DNA from: a virus
Virus record (IMG/VR): IMGVR_UViG_3300031088_000004
Direction: 5' to 3' (one strand)
DNA length: 50,043 nt
Shown here: piece after piece, positions 1 through 8,408 of the stretch
How positions within the stretch are numbered: position 1 is the stretch's first letter
How the letters are laid out: each line of letters starts with the position of its first letter
The notes under the pieces: generated by a model
Databases searched by the model: none
What the model saw: the letters and a program-made list of their open reading frames with translations, nothing else
Told to the model about the DNA's origin: nothing
Position numbers and translations under genes: made by a program

Positions 1-127
1 GGTGGTAGATTGCATAGACCTTCTTCCAATGCTTGCTGTGGTGTTAAGTAACCCGCTTCATACAACAAGCGACTTCGAGCGGGAAACGACTCGTAGATTA
101 CTCCGGATTCTTTGAAAAACGGATCTT
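1..127. repeat. Left copy of exact 127-bp end duplication (circular-assembly overlap)
   Basis: Base-by-base identical to 49917-50043. Confidence 0.95.
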
Positions 128-371
128 CCATTTCTTTGCCGTTCAAAGAGATAACACGATGTAGCGGGAACTGCTCACATACATGTTCGTCTTCCTCTTC
201 CGGAATAATGTCCAAGTGTCCGCGTAAAGCAAATTTGCGATTGCAATAGGATTCGATGATCGAGCTCGCTGTGTTGATCGCTTCCTCGATATACGGCCGC
301 TTTTCTTCCGCTTCTAACCCTAGTTCTTGCTCAATTCGTTCTACAGTCGTGAGCGCGTTCACTTCTAGCAT
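1..371 (-). CDS. Head-tail connector protein (gp6-like), 5' part; continues in frame into 49700..50043 (195 aa in total)
   Basis: ATG at 371 preceded by AAGGAGGT. I translated 371->128 by hand and found no stops (MLEVNALTTVERIEQELGLEAEEKRPYIEEAINTASSIIESYCNRKF...). The frame joins the ORF ending at 49700 across the duplicated 127 bp. Confidence 0.75.
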   Translation of the reverse strand, partial: MLEVNALTTVERIEQELGLEAEEKRPYIEEAINTASSIIESYCNRKFALRGHLDIIPEEEDEHVCEQFPLHRVISLNGKEMEDPFFKESGVIYESFPARSRLLYEAGYLTPQQALEEGLCNLP

Positions 372-382
372 CGTGTACCTCC

Positions 383-628
383 TTATTTATCCGCTTTAGG
401 AGCACGCGGCTTTTTAGCGGGTTTTGTTTCAGTAGGCTTGTCCACCGCTACTTCAATCGGAGGCACTTCTTCCGGATCACTAGGCTTCTTTTCTTCGATA
501 TATTCAGCAAACCCCGCGTTTACCCAGCTCTCAGCTAACGCTTCGTCAACGAACGGTTCCGCGCCCTGGTTGAATACACCAGAGGCGGTACCGACGGAGC
601 GAATGATCTTAACTTGTTTCTGTGTCAT
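383..628 (-). CDS. Small head-module protein of unknown function (81 aa, Pro/Lys/Glu-rich tail)
   Basis: ORF directly downstream of the major capsid gene; ATG start. Confidence 0.6.
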   Translation of the reverse strand: MTQKQVKIIRSVGTASGVFNQGAEPFVDEALAESWVNAGFAEYIEEKKPSDPEEVPPIEVAVDKPTETKPAKKPRAPKADK

Positions 629-662
629 CCTTCAGCACTCCATTCTTTTTAAATCGTTCAGA

Positions 663-1925
663 TTAGGCTTGTTTTAATTTCAACAATGCGAAGGCTTCCG
701 GCTTATCTACGCCACCGCCGACACGTTTTTTGTATTTGAATCCGATCAAGTCATCTTCGATATACAATTCATCAAGACGTTGGACAGTTGATCCTTTACG
801 GTCAACGATCGTGTAACCGCGTTTGAAGTCTCCGAATACCGCTTGAACAGTTCCAGCACCCCATGCCGCGAAGTCGTCTGAGATGTAGTAAGGTTTACCG
901 TTGATTTTGTTCGGGACATCTTCGCCCAATGTTGCTTGCCATACCATGTCTCCATTGGCATTCTTCAACTTACGAAGTGTTTGCTCGAGCTTCGATGAGA
1001 TGACGTATACACCACGACGACGGTGTTGCGCTGGAACGAGATATTCCAAATCAATCAGATCCGTATCAACAACTGATTCGATAGCTGCTGTCGTGTGAAC
1101 TGGAACACCAGTTTTAGTTAAGATGCCTTCTGGCTCTTCAAAGTTATTGCCTCGACCATTTAAGACAGCTGCGTCTTCATCTTCAGCGGCTGCTTGAGCA
1201 AACGATGAACCGAGATATGTTTGCAATTCGAGATCCGTGTCTTCCAATTCGTCGACACCAATCTTAGTCAAGCCGTTCAGGTTTTGGACCCAGATATAAC
1301 GCTCAGATGGTTCGAGTTCTGATTCGAAATCAGACGTTCGTTTAGCGGATGTTTCGATTTTGCCCCAACCAGTTTGAACTTCATTCATGCCGCGTTTACG
1401 AATTTTTTCAGCGGATGTTTTACGGATGTTTACAAGACCGCGGAAGATTGTTTCTTTCGGAAGTTGGCGTTCGATTTCTTCGTCCAACTCAACTGGAACG
1501 ATGATTCGTCCTTTGTCGTCTTCCACCAATGCTTTCCGCTCGTCAGCGCTAAGTCCGCGCTTCCCTTTTCGCATGAACTGATAGAAGGCTTTACTTGCTT
1601 TGACTTTTGCTTCCCGCTCTTCGTCCGTCATTCCATCAGCGGACGCATTCCGGTTTTTCTGTGCAGCTAGACCTTTGATTTGAGTATTAAGATCGTCGAT
1701 GATAACTTGCTGATCTTCCACCTGCTGTTTCACTTCGTTAAAGTCAGGCGCGCCTTCAGTCTTAGCATCGAGCTTTTCTTTAGCGGTTTTTAAGGCTTCT
1801 AAAGCAGACTTCAGTTCTGTTTTTAACCCCTCTACTACTGAATCACTGAAAAACTGAATTCCTTTACCGTGTTTGAATGAGAGTGCATAGACAGGCTTCG
1901 AGCCGATAGCAAATTTCTTTTGCAT
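663..1925 (-). CDS. Major capsid protein, HK97 fold, with N-terminal coiled-coil delta/scaffold domain
   Basis: 420 aa. The first ~110 aa are coiled-coil-rich, followed by a Phage_capsid-like body. It sits after the prohead protease. RBS AAAGGAG. Confidence 0.9.
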   Translation of the reverse strand: MQKKFAIGSKPVYALSFKHGKGIQFFSDSVVEGLKTELKSALEALKTAKEKLDAKTEGAPDFNEVKQQVEDQQVIIDDLNTQIKGLAAQKNRNASADGMTDEEREAKVKASKAFYQFMRKGKRGLSADERKALVEDDKGRIIVPVELDEEIERQLPKETIFRGLVNIRKTSAEKIRKRGMNEVQTGWGKIETSAKRTSDFESELEPSERYIWVQNLNGLTKIGVDELEDTDLELQTYLGSSFAQAAAEDEDAAVLNGRGNNFEEPEGILTKTGVPVHTTAAIESVVDTDLIDLEYLVPAQHRRRGVYVISSKLEQTLRKLKNANGDMVWQATLGEDVPNKINGKPYYISDDFAAWGAGTVQAVFGDFKRGYTIVDRKGSTVQRLDELYIEDDLIGFKYKKRVGGGVDKPEAFALLKLKQA

Positions 1926-2050
1926 GAGTTTCTTGCTCCTTTTTGGTTTGATTTTTTGTCGTTCTTCCTCATGCGGCTTTTGTTCGGCTCAAGTGACTAA
2001 ATATGTACGGCTTGAGTGTTGAAAGTGCATGCCCCGCTGGTTATGCAGGG

Positions 2051-2830
2051 TTAGTTTTTAGCTTCGGTTTTAAATTCGTTGATGAGTGCGGCTAAATCCG
2101 GATCAGGTTGGTAGACTTCGTCGTCCGCTTTTTTGTGCACCGCGTCTAGTAGCGTTTTAAGCGAACTGTTAGCGTCTTCTAGCTCTTGGATTGCCTCTTC
2201 GATGATTGCTTTCTCGTCATCCAGAAGCTCATGTCCTGCTTTAATATCGTTGATCGTGTCCGCTACAAACTGCGAAATATCTTCCTTGAACGTTTTTTCA
2301 ATGCCGTCTCGACGATTCTTAGCGGAAGTGACCACCGCGTTTACGTTTGCCGGGAAGGTGACGACTGATACTTCCATGAGCTTGACCTCTAGCAACGTGC
2401 GGACTCCGCTATCCCGATCATATGATTCTTTGATCGTTCGATAGCCGATAGACATTTTGTTGATCGTTTTGTCCTTCACTAAGACCATTGTGTCTTTACC
2501 GCGAGTTGTCTCGCTGATCTTGACCTTGATGAACAATCCGTTTGCGTCTTCTTTGGCTTCGATGATCTGACCGATTGGTTCATTCCAATCATGCTGCCAT
2601 AAAAACACGAAAGTCTTTTGTTCTTTTAAGGTCTTAGCAAAGGCGCCTTTTTTGATGACGTCTCCCCAGCTGTCCGGTTCACCACCAAATGTAGCGGCAT
2701 AACCCTCGATGATGTTCGTTTCGTCATCTTCAGCCTTAATTTCAAACGGTAGACTCTTGTACTCTACCTCGGCGCCCTTTTTCTTTCGTTCCATGTTCAG
2801 AACGCGATTGATTGCACTTGTAGCTGTCAT
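2051..2830 (-). CDS. Prohead serine protease (HK97 / S78 family)
   Basis: Motifs IEGYAATFG...DSWGDVIKKGAF...WQHD are typical of HK97 prohead proteases. Lies between portal and capsid. RBS AAAGGAGTG. Confidence 0.9.
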   Translation of the reverse strand: MTATSAINRVLNMERKKKGAEVEYKSLPFEIKAEDDETNIIEGYAATFGGEPDSWGDVIKKGAFAKTLKEQKTFVFLWQHDWNEPIGQIIEAKEDANGLFIKVKISETTRGKDTMVLVKDKTINKMSIGYRTIKESYDRDSGVRTLLEVKLMEVSVVTFPANVNAVVTSAKNRRDGIEKTFKEDISQFVADTINDIKAGHELLDDEKAIIEEAIQELEDANSSLKTLLDAVHKKADDEVYQPDPDLAALINEFKTEAKN

Positions 2831-2834
2831 TGTT

Positions 2835-4955
2835 TCACTCCTTTACATAATGTTTCTCTGCACAGCGGCACTTGATCCGCTGTCCTACAGGTAGTTTAGG
2901 ATCACCGGGGAACTGCCCTGGATGTCCTCCGACATCATAAGGCTTGTCCATATCCCTTACTTGTCCATGACAATCGTTGTGTGAGTCACGCTGACGACCA
3001 TCTAAGGTCGTAATCCATTTCTTTTCGAGCTCTAACCCGGTGGATAATGCGCCTTGTTGAGCTCCGTAGTTCGAAGCAGATACAATCTCAGTCCGCGCAA
3101 TGGTAATGGCTCTTCGCGGTCCGAAATCGTCACCATAAATCTTTTGAATGTCTTTGCTGATTGATAGGAAAGATTTTTGTGCTGCCACTCCCTCACTAAT
3201 GACCGAGCGGAGCTTTTCGCGAGTAATTTCATTGATTTTCGTTACTAGATAGACGGAAGTGTCCGCAATGTACTTCTGAATCGCCTGTTTTGCCACTGTG
3301 AAGGCGCGTGAGAAAAATTTCTTATCAAACTCCCCAGCACCTTTACTCGCGTCGTATTCGGCTTTTAAGCGGTTATAATTCCATGTGCCGAAATGTTCAA
3401 CAGTTCCCGTGTAAAGAGCCATCATCGGCTTCTTCCACAGTTCTTCTTGAACGAGCAATTCCTTCTCAAAACCCTCTATCCCGTCGTTAGCAAGAGCCGC
3501 TGATAGTGCCTTGCCTTCTTCAGCTAATCTTTTTGTCAGCAATTTTTCAGCGGATTTGTACCAAGGTGCTCTCTCTGCTTCGATTAATTCAAAAAAAGCT
3601 GCATCCTCTTCAGTCGAATTATCCTTTTGTTGCAGGTTGTTCAGCATATTTTCAATGGACTTGATACTGTTTCCGAGCGGATCGTCTGTTTTGATCATCG
3701 TTGACGAGTCACCCGCATTTTTTGCTGGTTCCTCATCTGATTCATCTGAGGCGTCTGGCGTGTCTCCTTTTGGCGTTCGTAATTTACTCGCTTTACCGCC
3801 TACTGGCGTGTAACCAAGTGCCTCACGTCCTTCATCCGGGCTCAGTATGCCTTCTTTGACCGCTTCGTTAATTCGTTTCCACTTAGAATCGGTGTTTTCT
3901 TGCAAGGCTTCGATTCGATCCTTGTCTACTTCGATAATCAAGTTACGACCAAAGGACGGTACCAGCTGAGCATTAAGTAAGTCTACGAAGTTCCCGACAA
4001 AAGGAAGGATCGTCTCCTCGTAGAAGGAGGAACGAGCTTCTTTGTAGTTCGAGTACGTTTTATTCTGGCCATCTCCTACAATCTCAGGAGGCACGTTAAA
4101 AGCGGCGCAAATTTCGATACGATCTAATAGCTTCAAGTCCTTAAAACCAACCTCATTCGAATTGAATCCTGTCGCATGGTACGTTGCCCCATCTGTAAGG
4201 AGTGGTACTTTCCCGACATTCCGCTTTCCACCAAACATTTTTTTGATTTGAGCGTTCATCCGTTCAAACGTACTCGGTTGAACCTGTCCCGCCATCGTAA
4301 TGACGCCCGGTGGCATTCCTCCGTTATCCAGCAAGACCTTATTCCAGCTGTCTGCGCTTGCATCCATGTCAATATTCCGCGCGGCTACTTTCATCGGTGA
4401 TACTCCGTCAAGGACGTTCATCGGATTGAATAGCTTATAGAACATGACTTGATCATTTTGCAACAAGGCTTCTGTTCCGTCGCTTTTACGGTACTTATAG
4501 CCTGCTATGAATTCTTCTTGTCCGGGAATTGGTGCCACTTGGTCAGGACGTAACATCCACAGCTCTAAGATGTTCTTAAAACCATCCGCTGTGACTTTCT
4601 CGATGAATGAACTTCCACCGATCAGCAAGTATTTCGCCCATTCCTCGCGAAACTGACGTCCAGATTGATAGGGATTCGGTTTCCGTAAGAGATCGAGCAA
4701 CTCATGTTCTTCAATTTCGACCTTTCTCTTCCCCCGCTTTTCATACAACAATAGCGGGACATCTGCGGCAGCGGTGGCAATTGCATTGATACAGGCATAG
4801 ACCCATACATTGGCGTCATGCCCTTCCTCTGCAAAGCGGTCGTACTTTTTCGCTCCCCATTGTGGTTCTCCTGGTCGAGTCATATACATCGTGGAATGAG
4901 CAGCGACTGCCTTCGTCAAAACGATTCTTTTCATCTCCTGAAATATGTTGTTCAC
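2835..4955 (-). CDS. Portal protein (HK97-family N-terminal part) fused to a Mu F / SPP1 gp7-like head-morphogenesis domain
   Basis: 706 aa. Portal-like N-terminus, an acidic linker (DTPDASDESDEEP), and a C-terminus with ARTEIVSASNYG...TTLDGRQRDSH...CRC, typical of Phage_Mu_F. GTG start at 4955; the start is uncertain (an alternative ATG lies at 4934). Confidence 0.85.
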   Translation of the reverse strand: MNNIFQEMKRIVLTKAVAAHSTMYMTRPGEPQWGAKKYDRFAEEGHDANVWVYACINAIATAAADVPLLLYEKRGKRKVEIEEHELLDLLRKPNPYQSGRQFREEWAKYLLIGGSSFIEKVTADGFKNILELWMLRPDQVAPIPGQEEFIAGYKYRKSDGTEALLQNDQVMFYKLFNPMNVLDGVSPMKVAARNIDMDASADSWNKVLLDNGGMPPGVITMAGQVQPSTFERMNAQIKKMFGGKRNVGKVPLLTDGATYHATGFNSNEVGFKDLKLLDRIEICAAFNVPPEIVGDGQNKTYSNYKEARSSFYEETILPFVGNFVDLLNAQLVPSFGRNLIIEVDKDRIEALQENTDSKWKRINEAVKEGILSPDEGREALGYTPVGGKASKLRTPKGDTPDASDESDEEPAKNAGDSSTMIKTDDPLGNSIKSIENMLNNLQQKDNSTEEDAAFFELIEAERAPWYKSAEKLLTKRLAEEGKALSAALANDGIEGFEKELLVQEELWKKPMMALYTGTVEHFGTWNYNRLKAEYDASKGAGEFDKKFFSRAFTVAKQAIQKYIADTSVYLVTKINEITREKLRSVISEGVAAQKSFLSISKDIQKIYGDDFGPRRAITIARTEIVSASNYGAQQGALSTGLELEKKWITTLDGRQRDSHNDCHGQVRDMDKPYDVGGHPGQFPGDPKLPVGQRIKCRCAEKHYVKE

Positions 4956-4970
4956 CCCCTTTCCAGCGGT

Positions 4971-6374
4971 TTATCCTAGCTCGTAGAATTCCGGTTCTGT
5001 TTTCATCATGAAGCGGTTAAGCGCTTGGCTCATAGCATCCACGTCATCGTCATGTGCCGCGAACGGGAAGGAAACGATCTGCTCGATGAAATCGAATACC
5101 CACGGAGCAATTGACGGATCCGGAAGGTATACGTTCCCCGCTTCCCAATACGGCGCAATGGCGGAAACCCGCGCAATCTTGGTGCCGATTGGTTCTACCG
5201 GGATGATTCCAGGTATCTCACGTTTTAACGTCGAGATTACCGCTGGACCATTTGCCTTGTCCTCAATGAGAATTCGGTTTGAACGATGTTTTGCGTTGAA
5301 TGCTCGAATGGCTGCAAGCGTAGCGGTAAAGTCCATGACATCGTTCACGCGGTCAATGAGATACATATCCGCACCTAAGCGACCCCACTTCTGACCAGAC
5401 ACGCTGTCGGCGCCCACGCTGTCCTTGAACGTAAGGTCCCAGCTTTCCAGTACATCATTTTCGACACCGCTCGGTAACACAGTGTAGAACTTGATTTGAT
5501 TCCGCTTAATCATTGCCCCTTCGCCCGGTGCAGGTCTTTGCTGGAATAAGGCATCCCATGTACGTGAACCAACTTCAATCTTTTTGGTTTTTGCCCATTC
5601 CTCGTCATATCCAAGTTCAGGACACAACGCTTCACCGATGGCACGACCGAGTAGATCATCCTCTTCAGCGATAGCGGGTAAACGAATTCTCGTCCATTCC
5701 CTCGCTTTGTTTTGCAGAAGTCGAGCAACAAGGTCGTCTTCATGCCACCGCGTCATAATGACAACGACAGAGGCGTTCGTGTGCAATCGCGTTGACAATG
5801 TTGATTCCCACTCATCCCACACCTTTTTCCGTATGGTTGGCGAGTTCGCTTCAGTTGCGTTTTTAAACGGATCATCAATCATCAGCAAGTCTGCACCCTG
5901 ACCAGTGATTGACCCTCCGATACCAGTAGCAATCATGCCACCGGCTCTACCTTCGATGGACCAGTCGTTAGTTGAGCGGTTCTCCTTGCTGACCTTTACA
6001 CCGAACAAGTGACCATGCTCAGTGATCTTGTCGCGGTTAAGGCGACCGAACTTCCGAGCAAGAGAATCACTGTATGATGTCGCAATCACCCGCTTGTCGG
6101 GATTCTTAGCGAGATAGAAGCTAGGAAACGATTCCGTACCCGATAAAGACTTCCCGTGGCGCGGAGGTAATTCGATGATCACGAAGCGGGATTCTCCGTC
6201 CGCTATGCGTTGGAGCTCGTTTGCAATCAACAATGTGTGCCGGAAGTGACGATAGCGTCCCTTATGGGCATATACCAGATAATCGCGGTAATTCCGTTTA
6301 GCTAGAGTCTTTTTTGCTCTCTCCGCTATTTGTTGGAGTGACTGTTGGCTTAGTTTTTCTTTTGGGACTCCCAA
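4971..6374 (-). CDS. terL: Terminase large subunit
   Basis: Walker A PPRHGKS, Walker B LLMIDDPF and a C-terminal nuclease region. TTG start with G-rich RBS. Overlaps terS by 25 nt. Confidence 0.9.
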   Translation of the reverse strand: MGVPKEKLSQQSLQQIAERAKKTLAKRNYRDYLVYAHKGRYRHFRHTLLIANELQRIADGESRFVIIELPPRHGKSLSGTESFPSFYLAKNPDKRVIATSYSDSLARKFGRLNRDKITEHGHLFGVKVSKENRSTNDWSIEGRAGGMIATGIGGSITGQGADLLMIDDPFKNATEANSPTIRKKVWDEWESTLSTRLHTNASVVVIMTRWHEDDLVARLLQNKAREWTRIRLPAIAEEDDLLGRAIGEALCPELGYDEEWAKTKKIEVGSRTWDALFQQRPAPGEGAMIKRNQIKFYTVLPSGVENDVLESWDLTFKDSVGADSVSGQKWGRLGADMYLIDRVNDVMDFTATLAAIRAFNAKHRSNRILIEDKANGPAVISTLKREIPGIIPVEPIGTKIARVSAIAPYWEAGNVYLPDPSIAPWVFDFIEQIVSFPFAAHDDDVDAMSQALNRFMMKTEPEFYELG

Positions 6375-6985
6375 TCGTCATCCCCCCCAACATTCGGATC
6401 AGCCAGCTGAATGAGTTTTTCCAAGTCTTCCGTCGACATCTCCTCGAGCGGATCTTTGGATGTGCTGTTATTTTGTATGATGTGTTCAATTTTGCTTTCG
6501 GCTTTCCACTTCTTCGAATCACGATTCGCTAACCAGAACATCATTGCGCGGACATCTCCCGGTTGATGCTTTTTCACACTTTTCGTGAGAATTTGCTTAG
6601 TTCTAGGAATCGAAAGGATAAATCGCTCTCGTTCTTCTGGTGACGCCTTTTTGTTCTTTTTGTTCCAGATTGCAAGTTCAACATCCACGATCAAGTCATA
6701 TTCTTCCTGACTCATCTTGACCGTTTCATACGTGTCTTCTGTGTAGTCATATCCTGTCGCGCGCTTATGTAGCGAGTTCGAAACCTCGTAATCCGCGACT
6801 TCCTTCCCCGCGCGTAAAGCGTGCAAAATGGGAAAGTGTTTGTCTTGCCAGTTATACAGCGTCCGTCGAGAAATTTTAATCGCTGCTGCAATATCATCCA
6901 TTGTCATGCCGTCTTTTGCCCATCCTTCAAGGAGAATCAGCTTATCCGGCTCTAACCAGTCTTTTGCGTATACTCTACCTGCCAT
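6350..6985 (-). CDS. terS: Terminase small subunit (HTH type)
   Basis: N-terminal HTH (MTMDDIAAAIKISRRTLYNWQ). Lies directly upstream of, and overlapping, terL. RBS AAAGGGGTG. Confidence 0.75.
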   Translation of the reverse strand: MAGRVYAKDWLEPDKLILLEGWAKDGMTMDDIAAAIKISRRTLYNWQDKHFPILHALRAGKEVADYEVSNSLHKRATGYDYTEDTYETVKMSQEEYDLIVDVELAIWNKKNKKASPEERERFILSIPRTKQILTKSVKKHQPGDVRAMMFWLANRDSKKWKAESKIEHIIQNNSTSKDPLEEMSTEDLEKLIQLADPNVGGDDDWESQKKN

Positions 6986-7149
6986 AAGGTGACACCCCTT
7001 TCCAGATCAGCAAAAATTTGCACACTGTGAATTTAATAGCTGTTTTTATGTGTTTAAATGCTGATTTTCTATGTAAGGAAGTCGTGAACCGACGCGAATA
7101 CCATCTTTTTGGTCGCTGTATGTACACATGGTCGCGTAGCGTTTACGAC

Positions 7150-7222
7150 TACCATGCAAGGTACAAAAAATGGACATCCGCGCCTCTTCAGAACCGTTTG
7201 TCCGCTTGTATCTTGCATGCTA
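7150..7222. repeat. Imperfect inverted repeat (15-nt arms, 13/15 match, 43-nt spacer) in the terS upstream region
   Basis: taccatgcaaggtac (7150-7164) versus gtatcttgcatgcta (7208-7222). Confidence 0.5.
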
Positions 7223-7241
7223 ACCGTAAATCTCATTACAA

Positions 7242-7268
7242 AAGGTCCCCGCTGAAAACGGAGACCTT
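7242..7268 (-). terminator. Hairpin terminator downstream of the moron gene
   Basis: 10-bp stem with one mismatch (AAGGTCCCCG / CGGAGACCTT) and a 7-nt loop. On the minus strand it is followed by TTTTGTAAT. Confidence 0.55.
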
Positions 7269-7338
7269 GCAAATAATTTATCTATTGCTAATATAGCATG
7301 ACGAAATATTTTCCAACAAGATAAATTATTTTGACACT

Positions 7339-7779
7339 TTAATTTTCATCTTCCTCTCTGTCGAATGAGTTCTTCCATGCATCGTACTGTTCCTTACTAA
7401 TTTGCTGATAAAAGTCTAAAATATAATTCTCTCTATTACCCTCGTCTTCGAACATTTTATTGATCGACCTTACCCACTCGACAGGATGAGTATCCATTAC
7501 TACATTCCCCTCTAAAACAAGCACATCATCACGCCACTGCCTGAGTTTCATGAAATAGTAGCGTTTAACTTCTCCGTTATCTGTAGGGTCTTCTACAATT
7601 TTAGAGCTCACTGTGACGACGTCATTGATGCCATGAGCTTTAAATTGTTCAATCGCCTGACTCTTTAATTTGTTCATAACACGTTCCGTTGCTTGTTCTT
7701 GCTCATACCATCCACGGACTTTCTCTTCTTGTCCAGCGGGTACTTCTGTTTCAATTACGATGTCGATTTTGATTTTCAT
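7339..7779 (-). CDS. Moron-encoded acidic protein of unknown function (146 aa)
   Basis: ATG at 7779 lies 8 nt after AAAGGGG; the ORF track begins at a GTG at 7788. The gene is AT-rich relative to its neighbours and is flanked by non-coding DNA on both sides. Confidence 0.7.
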   Translation of the reverse strand: MKIKIDIVIETEVPAGQEEKVRGWYEQEQATERVMNKLKSQAIEQFKAHGINDVVTVSSKIVEDPTDNGEVKRYYFMKLRQWRDDVLVLEGNVVMDTHPVEWVRSINKMFEDEGNRENYILDFYQQISKEQYDAWKNSFDREEDEN

Positions 7780-7922
7780 TCCATACACCCCTTTATTTAC
7801 AGAATTATCTTAAGTATATAAGAAATCGGATTAATTAAAGTCTATGATTCTGAAAACATGTCAAATACATACTTTTTCGGGCATGAAAAATCTTATGTGA
7901 CTGTCATGTGATCATTCATGTT

Positions 7923-8408
7923 TTATGAATGAAGCTCAGACAGCCTTCTGAGTTCTTCTTCGGTCAAATTGTCAAACGCGTCGTCCGCTTTGTTTCCGCG
8001 GTCAAGAGTTCCCTCATGAGTAATGCTGCCCTTGAAGCGGTCTTTACGTCCCCAACGATCAGGAGCCTTTCTCTCGAGGAACCATGCAGCTGCTTGCCAA
8101 TTCTTCTCGGCCGCTTTATTGATGATCGTGAGATTTCGTGCTTCAGCGGTCGCTTCCGCTTTTTGTACTGCCTCAAAAAAATCAAGATAATCTTCTTCAG
8201 ACTCTTTCGGCTTTGCTCTTGGACTTCCCTCGAGACGGTCATATTCCCTTTGTCCACGCTTCACCCATTCCCGGTACGTTGCATATGTGACGCCAGCGGC
8301 TTGGCATGCCGTATCGAGATAATTCCCCGCATTAATTAGCGATAAGATGCGATTCCTCCGCTCTGGTGTGAACTTGCTCGGACGACCGCGTTTGGCTGTC
8401 GTTGCCAT
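7923..8408 (-). CDS. TerS-like HTH DNA-binding protein (possible late regulator or second small terminase)
   Basis: KRGRPSKFTPERRNRILSLINAGNYLDTACQAAGVTYATYREW plus WQAAAWFLERKAPDRWGRK. This architecture and motif are shared with the terS product. Confidence 0.7.
   Translation of the reverse strand: MATTAKRGRPSKFTPERRNRILSLINAGNYLDTACQAAGVTYATYREWVKRGQREYDRLEGSPRAKPKESEEDYLDFFEAVQKAEATAEARNLTIINKAAEKNWQAAAWFLERKAPDRWGRKDRFKGSITHEGTLDRGNKADDAFDNLTEEELRRLSELHS

Noticed and set aside
5008-5394. Other long plus-strand ORFs (e.g. 5008-5394, 24143-24574, 49561-50031, 39184-39597)
   Set aside because: All are embedded antisense in strongly supported minus-strand genes (terL, ssb, connector/adaptor, Tal). 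They lack RBSs and have low-complexity Ser/Arg-rich translations.
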